Below, piece after piece: positions 16,819 to 24,284 of a DNA stretch of 24,284 nt; within the stretch, counting starts at the first letter, position 1; the number at the start of each line of letters is the position of its first letter. The position numbers and the translations under genes were made by a program. The stretch is taken from the IMG/VR virus record IMGVR_UViG_3300034984_000078, positions 1 to 24,284 of that record. One strand, 5' to 3'. The DNA comes from a virus. Its lineage: Duplodnaviria; Caudoviricetes. A model generated the notes under the pieces. The model was given only the letters and a program-made list of their open reading frames with translations, was not told the origin of the DNA and did no database searches.

Positions 16819-17190
16819 CTACGTTGCCGGTTTTGGTATCGCTGTTGGTATGCCGGATACTTCAGTGACGGCTGCTGCTTGACTTGCTGTTACGCCCAAA
16901 CTTGTCATAGAGACTATCGCATTAATTCCTGTGGTTGTCGTCTGAACTATACTTGTTTGAGCGCTTTTTGTGACGTACATACCTATTAGCTCAGCGATTA
17001 CAAAAGCCAGCGTTCCTATCCCACCGAATACCAAACCCATCGTAATCAGGAAGGATGGGTCGAATGCGACGACTGTAGTTACAGTTGTAGACGTCACATT
17101 TCCGTCAGCAAACACAGGTTTCGCCAAGAACAGAGCTACTGCTGTAATTAACATGACTAGAAGAAGGCATTTCTTCATTTTGTGTTTCAC
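16819..17190 (-). CDS. Membrane protein with signal peptide
   Basis: MKKCLLLVMLITAVALFLAKPVFA signal-like N-terminus, then a TM segment and Thr-rich tail; GAGGTG RBS favours the second Met. Confidence 0.7.
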   Translation of the reverse strand: MKHKMKKCLLLVMLITAVALFLAKPVFADGNVTSTTVTTVVAFDPSFLITMGLVFGGIGTLAFVIAELIGMYVTKSAQTSIVQTTTTGINAIVSMTSLGVTASQAAAVTEVSGIPTAIPKPAT

Positions 17191-17245
17191 CTCTTCCTTT
17201 TTTTTATTTGTTTCGCCTCAAGGGCAAACCTTGAAGCATTGAAAC

Positions 17246-17272
17246 AAAATCTGAAAACTGAAAAAGGGGAAA
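17246..17272 (-). terminator. Putative T-rich terminator after the capsid gene
   Basis: TTTCCCCTTTTTCAGTTTTCAGATTTT on the minus strand; shares its core with the 16761-16791 element. Confidence 0.45.
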
Positions 17273-17297
17273 TGAATCCGAAAAGTTCAAACTAATT

Positions 17298-18191
17298 CTA
17301 AGTTGTTGCCAAACCCGTTATTTTCGAAATTGCCTCTCCGCATGTAATAACCGGCGAGAACCTTGTCGTAAGACTGATGTCGATGGCGTCAAACTCTTTT
17401 TTAATCTCAATATCAGTGAGCAATGGTCTTTTAATAACGAAAAATCCGAGAGGGGCATAGCTCGCTGATAAGTTTTGTCCTGTGCTTAGAAGATATGCTG
17501 TTCCTGGAGGTACAACGTTGCTGACGTAGAATTGTAATCCGTAGACTGTGCCTATAGCGCCGCTCTGCACTACGGCCTCGCCGTATTGAGCGTATAGCGA
17601 AAATTGTGGCAAATACTTCAAATCTCGTGCATTAACAGGGTTCACAAGCAGAGAATCAGCGATGAAGTTGTAACTAGCAATTTTCGCGTCAGCCCACAAC
17701 AGATCTTTTGTACCAATTCCACCGCTAATCACAAATTCTGTGCCTGTTGCTCCAAGGCTCTTGCCCGTGCCAGCGCTGCTACTACCGGCTGCTGCATCAA
17801 TGACTGTCATGCAGTCCTTGTCAATCTGATAGGCCATACGCCTAGCCAGACGACGCAGCTGCTGTTCAATGACTGGAATGTACAAGTCTTCGATGGCTTC
17901 ACGCGGAATCCTTTCTCGCAGTCCCTTCTTATAGGGCGTGACACTCACGTAGTCGAGAGGAGTGAAATCCATCGGAATCTCGGCGCCCTCACTAATCTCG
18001 CTGATGCCAATACTGCGTGAGCCTTTTTCCTTGACAAATGTTGCTGTTCGACCTGCAACAAGTGGAAACTCTGGCAATAACCGTTTTACGACGAGAGCGG
18101 GCATAGTCAACTCTATAATGTGCTTGTGCAGCGCGGGGTACGCTATTGCGCCTGTGTCAACCCATGTAAAAGCATCACGAACCATAGCCAT
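17298..18191 (-). CDS. Major capsid protein, HK97 fold
   Basis: ISEGAEIP, PYKKGLRERIPREAIED, LARRMAYQID, LLVNP, GTVYGL; follows protease and cement genes. Confidence 0.92.
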   Translation of the reverse strand: MAMVRDAFTWVDTGAIAYPALHKHIIELTMPALVVKRLLPEFPLVAGRTATFVKEKGSRSIGISEISEGAEIPMDFTPLDYVSVTPYKKGLRERIPREAIEDLYIPVIEQQLRRLARRMAYQIDKDCMTVIDAAAGSSSAGTGKSLGATGTEFVISGGIGTKDLLWADAKIASYNFIADSLLVNPVNARDLKYLPQFSLYAQYGEAVVQSGAIGTVYGLQFYVSNVVPPGTAYLLSTGQNLSASYAPLGFFVIKRPLLTDIEIKKEFDAIDISLTTRFSPVITCGEAISKITGLATT

Positions 18192-18204
18192 GTAAAATCA
18201 CCTT

Positions 18205-18588
18205 TTACCAGAGATCAATGTATGCGGTGCCGCCGCTTGCGGCGCCTTGGGTTGCTTGACCTACGATCGTAGTGTTCAAAGTCGTGTTGTCTGCTACAAA
18301 TCGTGTGCCATTCTGTGGTTTGACTTGATCTCCTGCAACTATAGTGCCATAAGCGAGTACTCTGCAAATTCCTCTTTTCACAACACTAACGCTTTTGCCG
18401 CTTAGAGCCTTCGTAAGAGCTATACCTGCAAATTTCTTAGTGCCCGGAACGACAGTTGACCTTTTAACCGTCCAATCTGCGCTGTATTCGAGAACATCGC
18501 CTATGTTAATGTCTTCACCCGCGATAAGGGTTACAATGTAACGATCTGAGACAAGCGGATTTATTCCTTCTAATTGTGGAACGCTCAT
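18205..18588 (-). CDS. Capsid cement / decoration protein (DUF2190-like)
   Basis: AGEDINIGD, FAGIAL, GTIVAGDQV, IVGQATQGAASGG; between scaffold and MCP. Confidence 0.8.
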   Translation of the reverse strand: MSVPQLEGINPLVSDRYIVTLIAGEDINIGDVLEYSADWTVKRSTVVPGTKKFAGIALTKALSGKSVSVVKRGICRVLAYGTIVAGDQVKPQNGTRFVADNTTLNTTIVGQATQGAASGGTAYIDLW

Positions 18589-18596
18589 TCAAAACA

Positions 18597-19760
18597 CTAA
18601 CCTTTGAAGGTTTGCGTCTGCAACATTCGATGCGCTTTGAGAATATCTTTGAACCAATCATAATTGCCCAGCACATCCTTCTGTATCTCATCAACCGCGA
18701 CTATGCCTTTGCCCGATGCTTTGCCAGCGTTCTTCTGAGCTTCAGCCTCAGCCCCCTTAGCTTTTGGCGGAATCTCAAACGCCTCACCTTCACCAGATTC
18801 GCCTTGTTCCGCAGGAGTTTCAAGCTGCTTGGTCAAGTCGCTAAGTTTCTTGCTTAACTCAGTTTTCTTAGCCCTCTTACCCACTTCAGCTTCAAGATCA
18901 GCGATCTTTTTTGTTAACGCCTCAATTTCAGAGTCAGTAGCGCTTACGCCACCGTCTCCAATCTGCTTCTGAAGCTTAGTCACTTGATCTATGAGTTCCT
19001 GATATGTTACTTGTTTGGGCGCCGATTCGCCTGGCGCCACGTTCACTACGCCCTGTGCCTGATGCGGAGAAGCCTTCGCCTGAGCATTTTGTTCAGACAA
19101 AGGTTTCACCTCCTTTTTTGCTTCATTCTTTTTGTTTTCAGGTTCTTGCAGGTCTCCCTTAGAACCCACATCTTTGTTATCTTCCGATAACTGTGAATTT
19201 TGAATATTCTTTAAAATAGCATCATACTGAGAATCATTCATGGCAGCAAAAAAGCCAACAGGTTCAAACTGAGTGTTCGTGTAAGCTGGGCTTGCAACAA
19301 TGCTGAGCTCCCTTACTTTGGGCTTATGGACTATCTCCCAAGCTCCAGGACATAAATGCACAAGCATACCCTCTTTCCGCGTTGGCTTTTTACATTTACT
19401 GCATTCTACATCGTCGCTGTCAACCTGAGCGCTTACATGATTAACATAATTGCGAAGAATTTTCTCGATAAGTTTCTCTTCCCCAACTTCAGCACGGAAG
19501 AGAACCCTGTTGCCATCGCGTTTAGCCTCTGTAAGTTTACCCACGACCATCAATGCGCTTTCAGCATGGTCGACACGTAACTGGGCGCCTTGGAGACTTT
19601 GAACGAAGAAATCAAGGTCTTCGTCTGGAATTTGCCATTTGTTAGCGTTGACGCTCGTATCGATGGCCACGCCTTCAATGTTGACAAGTTTCTCTTTTAG
19701 GGCATACTCTGCTGAAACGCCTTCCTGAGCCTTGAATGGAACAAAATATCGAAGTTGCAC
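18597..19760 (-). CDS. Prohead protease fused to scaffolding domain
   Basis: IEGVAID..VNAN, LRVDH (His), ELSIVASPAY (Ser); CSKC..HLC insert; charged coiled-coil C-terminal half; GTG start after GGTGA. Confidence 0.88.
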   Translation of the reverse strand: MQLRYFVPFKAQEGVSAEYALKEKLVNIEGVAIDTSVNANKWQIPDEDLDFFVQSLQGAQLRVDHAESALMVVGKLTEAKRDGNRVLFRAEVGEEKLIEKILRNYVNHVSAQVDSDDVECSKCKKPTRKEGMLVHLCPGAWEIVHKPKVRELSIVASPAYTNTQFEPVGFFAAMNDSQYDAILKNIQNSQLSEDNKDVGSKGDLQEPENKKNEAKKEVKPLSEQNAQAKASPHQAQGVVNVAPGESAPKQVTYQELIDQVTKLQKQIGDGGVSATDSEIEALTKKIADLEAEVGKRAKKTELSKKLSDLTKQLETPAEQGESGEGEAFEIPPKAKGAEAEAQKNAGKASGKGIVAVDEIQKDVLGNYDWFKDILKAHRMLQTQTFKG

Positions 19761-19771
19761 TTTAGTTCACC

Positions 19772-19915
19772 TTAAGCGGAAGCTATTTCCTCGCCTATTG
19801 CATGCTCCAGAATCTCAATTTCAGAAGAAAGTTTCTCTATTTTTGAACTCATTTCTTTCCGTTTTTCATTATACTTTTCTTCAAGCTTCTCTCTATCTTC
19901 TGCGTAGAAACTCAT
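19772..19915 (-). CDS. Small coiled-coil protein, 47 aa, not in ORF track
   Basis: MSFYAEDREKLEEKYNEKRKEMSSKIEKLSSEIEILEHAIGEEIASA; GGTGA RBS. Confidence 0.65.
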   Translation of the reverse strand: MSFYAEDREKLEEKYNEKRKEMSSKIEKLSSEIEILEHAIGEEIASA

Positions 19916-19941
19916 TTCAAATCACCGTCAGGAAACACTAA

Positions 19942-19949
19942 ATTTAAAT
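19942..19949. promoter_or_regulatory. Palindromic TATA-like box, candidate bidirectional promoter
   Basis: ATTTAAAT with the TTTAAA core 27-28 nt from both ATG 19915 (minus) and ATG 19975 (plus). Confidence 0.5.
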
Positions 19950-19974
19950 GATTAGCATGACACATCAGAGGTAT

Positions 19975-20238
19975 ATGACAGAGCAAATCAGAGAGGTACC
20001 TGTAGTAAGGCAAATTCAGGAAGCTATGAGCCTATGTTATAAGGCAGGGAGAGAACCAGTAGCCTTGCTTGTGAACCCCGAAGTGCTCGATGTATTGAAG
20101 CAAGAACTAAAGACATCTATGCTCCTTTTACCAGATAATCCTATTAATATCAAGCTTTTCGGCTTACCGGTTTTATTGGCCAAAGTGAAGGACTTTTTCC
20201 TTGTCGATAACAGGAGCTGGGCAGAGCAAAAATTCTGA
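19975..20238 (+). CDS. Antisense small protein resembling an isolated HK97-fold A-domain
   Basis: IQEAMSLCYKAGREPVALLVNPEVLDVLK...LFGLPVLL..DFFLVD; GAGGT RBS before ATG 19975 (track start 19948); fills the gap between two minus-strand genes. Confidence 0.65.
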   Translation: MTEQIREVPVVRQIQEAMSLCYKAGREPVALLVNPEVLDVLKQELKTSMLLLPDNPINIKLFGLPVLLAKVKDFFLVDNRSWAEQKF

Positions 20239-20242
20239 TGCA

Positions 20243-20557
20243 CTATTTTACATCTGAAATTTCTACGTAAGCATTCACGAAGCGCCTTCTCCATTCATTC
20301 CACGCCTTAAAATCAAGGAGAGTTCGAATCTCTCCCTTCAAGTGAGTATCAAGCCAACTCCGAACTTGCTCACGAGTCTTAAAATGTTCCTTCTCAAACA
20401 TGTAATTCTGAATTTCCCAACGGTCAGAACCCTTCACTTTTCCAAGCGTTATCTTGACGCCTTTCCCAAGCTCCTTAACCCTGAACTTCTCAAACTTACC
20501 CGGGTCCTGAACCCGGTAGCGCCAGACTGTTTTAGCTTCCTCAAGACCAGGCATCAC
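20243..20557 (-). CDS. Conserved head-module protein
   Basis: RYRVQDPGKF..FR....GV....G......EIQ.Y.F.K..F....V.SWL..H pattern recalled from phage head modules. Confidence 0.7.
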   Translation of the reverse strand: MMPGLEEAKTVWRYRVQDPGKFEKFRVKELGKGVKITLGKVKGSDRWEIQNYMFEKEHFKTREQVRSWLDTHLKGEIRTLLDFKAWNEWRRRFVNAYVEISDVK

Positions 20558-20570
20558 TCTTCAACTCCGA

Positions 20571-20882
20571 TCAATTAGCCAGCCACTCGCAAATTGTAAG
20601 CATACACTTCAGAATCTGCGCCTTTATTTTTGCGTGAGGACGTTTATTATCGATGAAAAGTACGTATGTTTGACAATCCTGCGGCATCACTATGCGCATC
20701 TTGCTGTTGTAATGATACTTGTTCTTATCCATTTTTCCATAGAAGAAACGTCTGACCCGACAGAATAAACACGTAATATGAGGTCTATGCATACGGTTTG
20801 AATGGCCACATAAACTGTGACAGGGCATGCGGATCCGAATCTTCAATTTTTTACTCCTCGCTCTGTAACGCCTCAACAACAC
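20571..20882 (-). CDS. Hypothetical basic Cys/His-rich protein (start uncertain)
   Basis: Fills the gap after portal on the operon strand; CHSLC and CLFC; internal ATG at MPCHSL is an alternative start. Confidence 0.5.
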   Translation of the reverse strand: MLLRRYRARSKKLKIRIRMPCHSLCGHSNRMHRPHITCLFCRVRRFFYGKMDKNKYHYNSKMRIVMPQDCQTYVLFIDNKRPHAKIKAQILKCMLTICEWLAN

Positions 20883-22251
20883 CGTTCACAGTCTTATCGA
20901 CTACTTTGCTGGTTTCGCTCTTGGGCTTGGCAGGAGGAAGCATGTTTTCAGCTGCTAACGCTTCATCAGTAGGCTGCTCTGGATAGCCTAACTGTGGCCG
21001 AGCTTCACTTCGCAGAATAATGTTCTTGTCCACAAGATCACTGATGAACTTGGCTTTAACATCAAGTGTGGGCTCCCATATCGGACGCCATTTTGCAGTT
21101 GGAACTTCCACGTTCTTTCCAAATTTTGCCTCAACAAGCTGTTTGAACAGCATAGTTTCAAGAGTATCCCCTATGAGCTCCTGTAGCATCCTCAAGCGTG
21201 TGACATATTCTTGCATGACAATTTCTGCGGTCGCACGGTTTGTTCTTTCGCTTTCACCCAAGAAGATTTTTGGAACGCCTAGAACCGCTTCGCGCTGTTT
21301 GTAAAGATAATCCAGCCAAAACTGAACGTTCACATCCTTCGTAAGGCTTGGAACTACATCAACAGCAACATCGCCACGCACAAAAACATCCGTGGCAGGC
21401 TGACGATCACGAAAAGCTTCCATTAGCTGCTGAAGTTGCGGATCGCTGAAGGGCATTTCAGGCCTTCCCGCCTTAACCACAAGCATGGGCTTAGTATAAG
21501 TGTGAACAATGATGGCCATGTCATCTTCAAGCTGATCGATCAAAGCTTGAATTTTCAATAGCGGTCTAAGCTGGCTTGTGCCGTAGCTAAACTCGTACCA
21601 CCAGCTCTTAGCGCCCCAGCGAAAATGCACAATGTCCTGGGCTGTGAAGACGACAGGAGGCATGGTCAATAATTGTATGTAACCGAACACATTGCCGTAC
21701 GCATCTCTCCGTACCCGTACGTGCACGGGATCCAAGGGCTTAAGCCACCATTCTTCAGGCAACATACCCTCTTCTCGGCAGATCTCAAACTCTCCATTCC
21801 CAAAAACAAGCATGTCCGTACCTGTGATCCGAAGAGTCTGCAGAATGTTATGCTCATCAAGCCAATCAGTCAGCCATTCACGAACCGCCTCATCGCCACC
21901 TTCCAACTCGAAACCGTTGCTAATCGCAAGATTGACCGTAACATCAATGCACGCCTTGATGTACGGCGTAAAAGTGTAGAGATCCTTGTATTTTGGGAGA
22001 TCCTCAATAGGCACTGCTCCCCAGAGCCTTTCCCAGTACGCTGTATAGGGCGGAGTGACAAAGCCTGCGCCGCTGCCCTTAAGTATATACCGTGTGACGT
22101 AGCCCCAGAGCATATTGTCAGCTTTCCAGCTTACGGGAATCTCCTCTTCAATCTGCTTTTTGCTTACCTTTGGCGGAACGGTCCGCTGTGCTACAAATCT
22201 GGCTTTAACTGCTTGGAACCCTTTTCGAATCTTTTCAGCTACAAAACTCAT
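20851..22251 (-). CDS. Portal protein
   Basis: PYIKACID, MLVFGNG, LKPLDP, DIVHFR, YGTS.L, AVLGVPKIFLG, NRATA; follows TerL. Confidence 0.92.
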   Translation of the reverse strand: MSFVAEKIRKGFQAVKARFVAQRTVPPKVSKKQIEEEIPVSWKADNMLWGYVTRYILKGSGAGFVTPPYTAYWERLWGAVPIEDLPKYKDLYTFTPYIKACIDVTVNLAISNGFELEGGDEAVREWLTDWLDEHNILQTLRITGTDMLVFGNGEFEICREEGMLPEEWWLKPLDPVHVRVRRDAYGNVFGYIQLLTMPPVVFTAQDIVHFRWGAKSWWYEFSYGTSQLRPLLKIQALIDQLEDDMAIIVHTYTKPMLVVKAGRPEMPFSDPQLQQLMEAFRDRQPATDVFVRGDVAVDVVPSLTKDVNVQFWLDYLYKQREAVLGVPKIFLGESERTNRATAEIVMQEYVTRLRMLQELIGDTLETMLFKQLVEAKFGKNVEVPTAKWRPIWEPTLDVKAKFISDLVDKNIILRSEARPQLGYPEQPTDEALAAENMLPPAKPKSETSKVVDKTVNGVVEALQSEE

Positions 22252-22263
22252 CTCTCATCACCC

Positions 22264-23679
22264 TTAATGTGGAAGCATAACCGCGCCTTTTCCAGGTGGA
22301 GGCGCCTGCGTGCCTGTGTAAACTCCTAATGCGAGGGACCACAACATGTCATCGTGGCTGTTTTCTGGATGACTAAACTGTAGATGTCCGCTTTTGCTGT
22401 AAGCGTATTGTTGCTCGTTGATTTGCTCGCATAACTGTCTATGAAAGGGTATTGCTAAACGGTTCTGTTCCATTGCAATTTTCAATGTCGTCAACAAATC
22501 CTCTTTCGTCTGAACCGTAAACTTCAAGCCTTCAGCGCAGCCTACGCCTTGGTTGCGGATCTCCTCAAGGACCGGCTCGCCTAAGCCTGTCTGGTCCACA
22601 AGCACGCTTCGGAAATGAAACTTTTGGTATGCTCGAACTAAGTGGCCAATGACATGGGTGTAAGGCGTTTCAAGCGGAAACTGGTACATGTAAACGAGCT
22701 TAAGCGTGTCTCCTTCACGCTTCAAGACCGTTATGACGCTGTAATCCTGCAACTTGCCGAAATCGATCCCTGCGTAGTAATCCCCGCTTGGAAAAGAAAC
22801 TTCAAGATTTGTGCATAGTTCCAGACTAAACTTTTGGGCAAGCTCCACGCATCCGCGTATTAGGTCCTGTGGGAAATAGCTGTTTAAGGCTTCAACAAAC
22901 TCTGCCTCGTATTCCATCAGATAGGCCTCACGTGTCATGTTCTGCCGCATCTCCTCAAGAAACTCAGGTTTGATCAATGGACACTCGCTTGACCTGACTC
23001 GGTGCACGCTATAGGCAGGATTCGCAAAAGCCCGGTAGAAAAAATGATCCTTGCCCCAAGGAGTACTGAGGAAGATCGCATAGCCATCCGTGGTAGAAAG
23101 CATCGGAAAAATAACTTGTGTTATAACTCGCTCGGGCATGAAGGAAGCTTCATCACAGATACAAACGTTCGCGGTGAAGCCACGCAAAAGGTTTTCAGAG
23201 CAAGGCAAAGCGATGATGCGGCTCCCGTTTTCGAAATGAATCAGCGTTCTTGTTGCGCGCAGTATTCTGTTTCTCAATCGGGGTGTGAAATAAATGAATG
23301 CTGCGATTCGGTCGAACATTATCACGCTCTGTCGAAGGCTAGGCGATGTTATCAGCACCGTCACATTCGAGTTTGTGTATGCAAAGTATATGGCTTTCAT
23401 GGCTATGGTTGTGGTCTTTCCCGACTGCCGCCCCATACAAGCTACGATGCGTTTGCTCGAATCTTCAAGAAGCTTAACCTGATACGGAAAGGGCTTAACG
23501 CCCAAAACTTTCTCGGCAAAATCAACAGATCCCCTGATTTCAACCGCTTCTTCACTTAGAAGCTGCCTTACAGCCTGCTGGGCCTCCTCAAACTTTCTTA
23601 ACGCCTTTCGTTGCTTGTAACTCCGCCACTGCAGCCGTAAGCTCTTCAATCTGCCCCTCAATCTTCTTCCACTTCTCAT
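22264..23679 (-). CDS. terL: Terminase large subunit
   Basis: PYQ motif, Walker A GRQSGKTT, Walker B ICDEA, STPWG, nuclease GIDFG and HDDMLWSLAL. Confidence 0.96.
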   Translation of the reverse strand: MRSGRRLRGRLKSLRLQWRSYKQRKALRKFEEAQQAVRQLLSEEAVEIRGSVDFAEKVLGVKPFPYQVKLLEDSSKRIVACMGRQSGKTTTIAMKAIYFAYTNSNVTVLITSPSLRQSVIMFDRIAAFIYFTPRLRNRILRATRTLIHFENGSRIIALPCSENLLRGFTANVCICDEASFMPERVITQVIFPMLSTTDGYAIFLSTPWGKDHFFYRAFANPAYSVHRVRSSECPLIKPEFLEEMRQNMTREAYLMEYEAEFVEALNSYFPQDLIRGCVELAQKFSLELCTNLEVSFPSGDYYAGIDFGKLQDYSVITVLKREGDTLKLVYMYQFPLETPYTHVIGHLVRAYQKFHFRSVLVDQTGLGEPVLEEIRNQGVGCAEGLKFTVQTKEDLLTTLKIAMEQNRLAIPFHRQLCEQINEQQYAYSKSGHLQFSHPENSHDDMLWSLALGVYTGTQAPPPGKGAVMLPH

Positions 23680-24031
23680 AGCCCGCCAACAAGGGCGCGT
23701 AATCTTTCGCAGCCTGAAAAATTATCCGAAACCTCTCCAAAGCCAGCTTATCAACCTCTTTCATCGCGCAGATCTGCTTCAAGGCTGTACTGAAAAGCTT
23801 AACAACCCTCTCCATGGGCATGGCGTCTCGGGCTGGCTCGATAGTGTGCACTATCGCCGTGGGAAACGTGCGCACTATACTACAGTAGGCTTGTTTGCCT
23901 ATAGCTCTCAATGTTCTCCCCGGAAGTTTACCGCTATCAAAAATCTGTTGTGGATTAAGCCCTTGAGCAGCCATATCCATCAGGAGTTTTAATTCCGCAT
24001 CTGTCCAAGGCTTACCCCTAGCCGTCCTCAC
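23588..24031 (-). CDS. Putative terminase small subunit / HTH protein
   Basis: GKPWTDAELKLL...GRTLRAI HTH-like N-terminus, coiled-coil C-terminus, overlaps TerL; start set at GTG 24031 (track start 24103). Confidence 0.6.
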   Translation of the reverse strand: MRTARGKPWTDAELKLLMDMAAQGLNPQQIFDSGKLPGRTLRAIGKQAYCSIVRTFPTAIVHTIEPARDAMPMERVVKLFSTALKQICAMKEVDKLALERFRIIFQAAKDYAPLLAGYEKWKKIEGQIEELTAAVAELQATKGVKKV

Positions 24032-24257
24032 TGCACCTCTTTTGAAAGCTTCCTCTACAACGAGAGTCAAGCAAAACTTCACCCTTCTCCACGTCTGGAA
24101 CAAGGCTGACCTGAACAGACTCGCGGAGCAAGCCTAAGACTTCATCACGCGAAAGTCTGCAAATTGTTTCACATAAAATTTTGTCATGGAAACTGCTTGC
24201 TAAAATGATTCTGCGAATACTCCGCTTCTGACGCTGCAACTCGCTTCTCCTATGCAT
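24018..24257 (-). CDS. Hypothetical protein
   Basis: GGTGA RBS before ATG 24257; overlaps the start of the next gene. Confidence 0.55.
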   Translation of the reverse strand: MHRRSELQRQKRSIRRIILASSFHDKILCETICRLSRDEVLGLLRESVQVSLVPDVEKGEVLLDSRCRGSFQKRCSEDG

Positions 24258-24284
24258 AAAATCACCTAACACCACGCTGAGGCG

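Larger units (their letters stand above)
4026..24284 (-). mobile_element. Archaeal tailed virus / provirus packaging and virion module (boundaries not visible)
   Basis: Continuous co-oriented terminase-portal-protease-capsid-neck-tail gene order; archaeal-type RBS; no integrase or replication genes in the window. Confidence 0.9.

Noticed and set aside
17208-17245. AGGGCAAACC resembling the start of a c-di-GMP-I riboswitch
   Set aside because: The downstream GNRA stem and GACGCAAAGC elements are absent and it is on the non-coding strand
20037-20294. 85-aa minus-strand ORF competing with 19975..20238
   Set aside because: Overlaps the upstream gene and lacks motifs, whereas the plus-strand ORF has an RBS, TATA box and fold-like pattern
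21673-22329. 218-aa plus-strand ORF
   Set aside because: Antisense shadow of the portal gene with no recognisable motifs
23002-23559. 185-aa plus-strand ORF
   Set aside because: Antisense shadow of TerL

Overview
Most of the window (about 4.0-24.3 kb, minus strand) is an apparently intact packaging and morphogenesis module of an archaeal head-tail virus or provirus (Caudoviricetes, siphovirus-like because there is no sheath gene). It encodes putative TerS, TerL, portal, protease-scaffold, cement, HK97-fold capsid, adaptor, a large head-closure fusion, tail terminator, tube, tail chaperone with a -1 frameshift site, HK97 gp10-like protein, short tape measure, hub, fibre proteins and a holin-like protein. 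An ABC-ATPase/GNAT fusion follows. GGTGA/GAGGTG ribosome-binding sites and TTTAAA boxes point to an archaeal host (Bathyarchaeia-like by impression, not verified). The left 4 kb is a defence-type cassette: PD-(D/E)xK nuclease, divergent RHH regulator, HaeIII-family m5C methyltransferase, Mig-like glycosylase and a two-HKD PLD protein. The most unusual items are an antisense stand-alone capsid A-domain-like gene sharing a palindromic TATA box with the head operon, a tRNA-Leu 3' half inside the neck genes, a helical-barrel domain fused to the head-closure protein, and the ABC-GNAT/nuclease pair. All family assignments come from motif recognition by eye; no searches were run.
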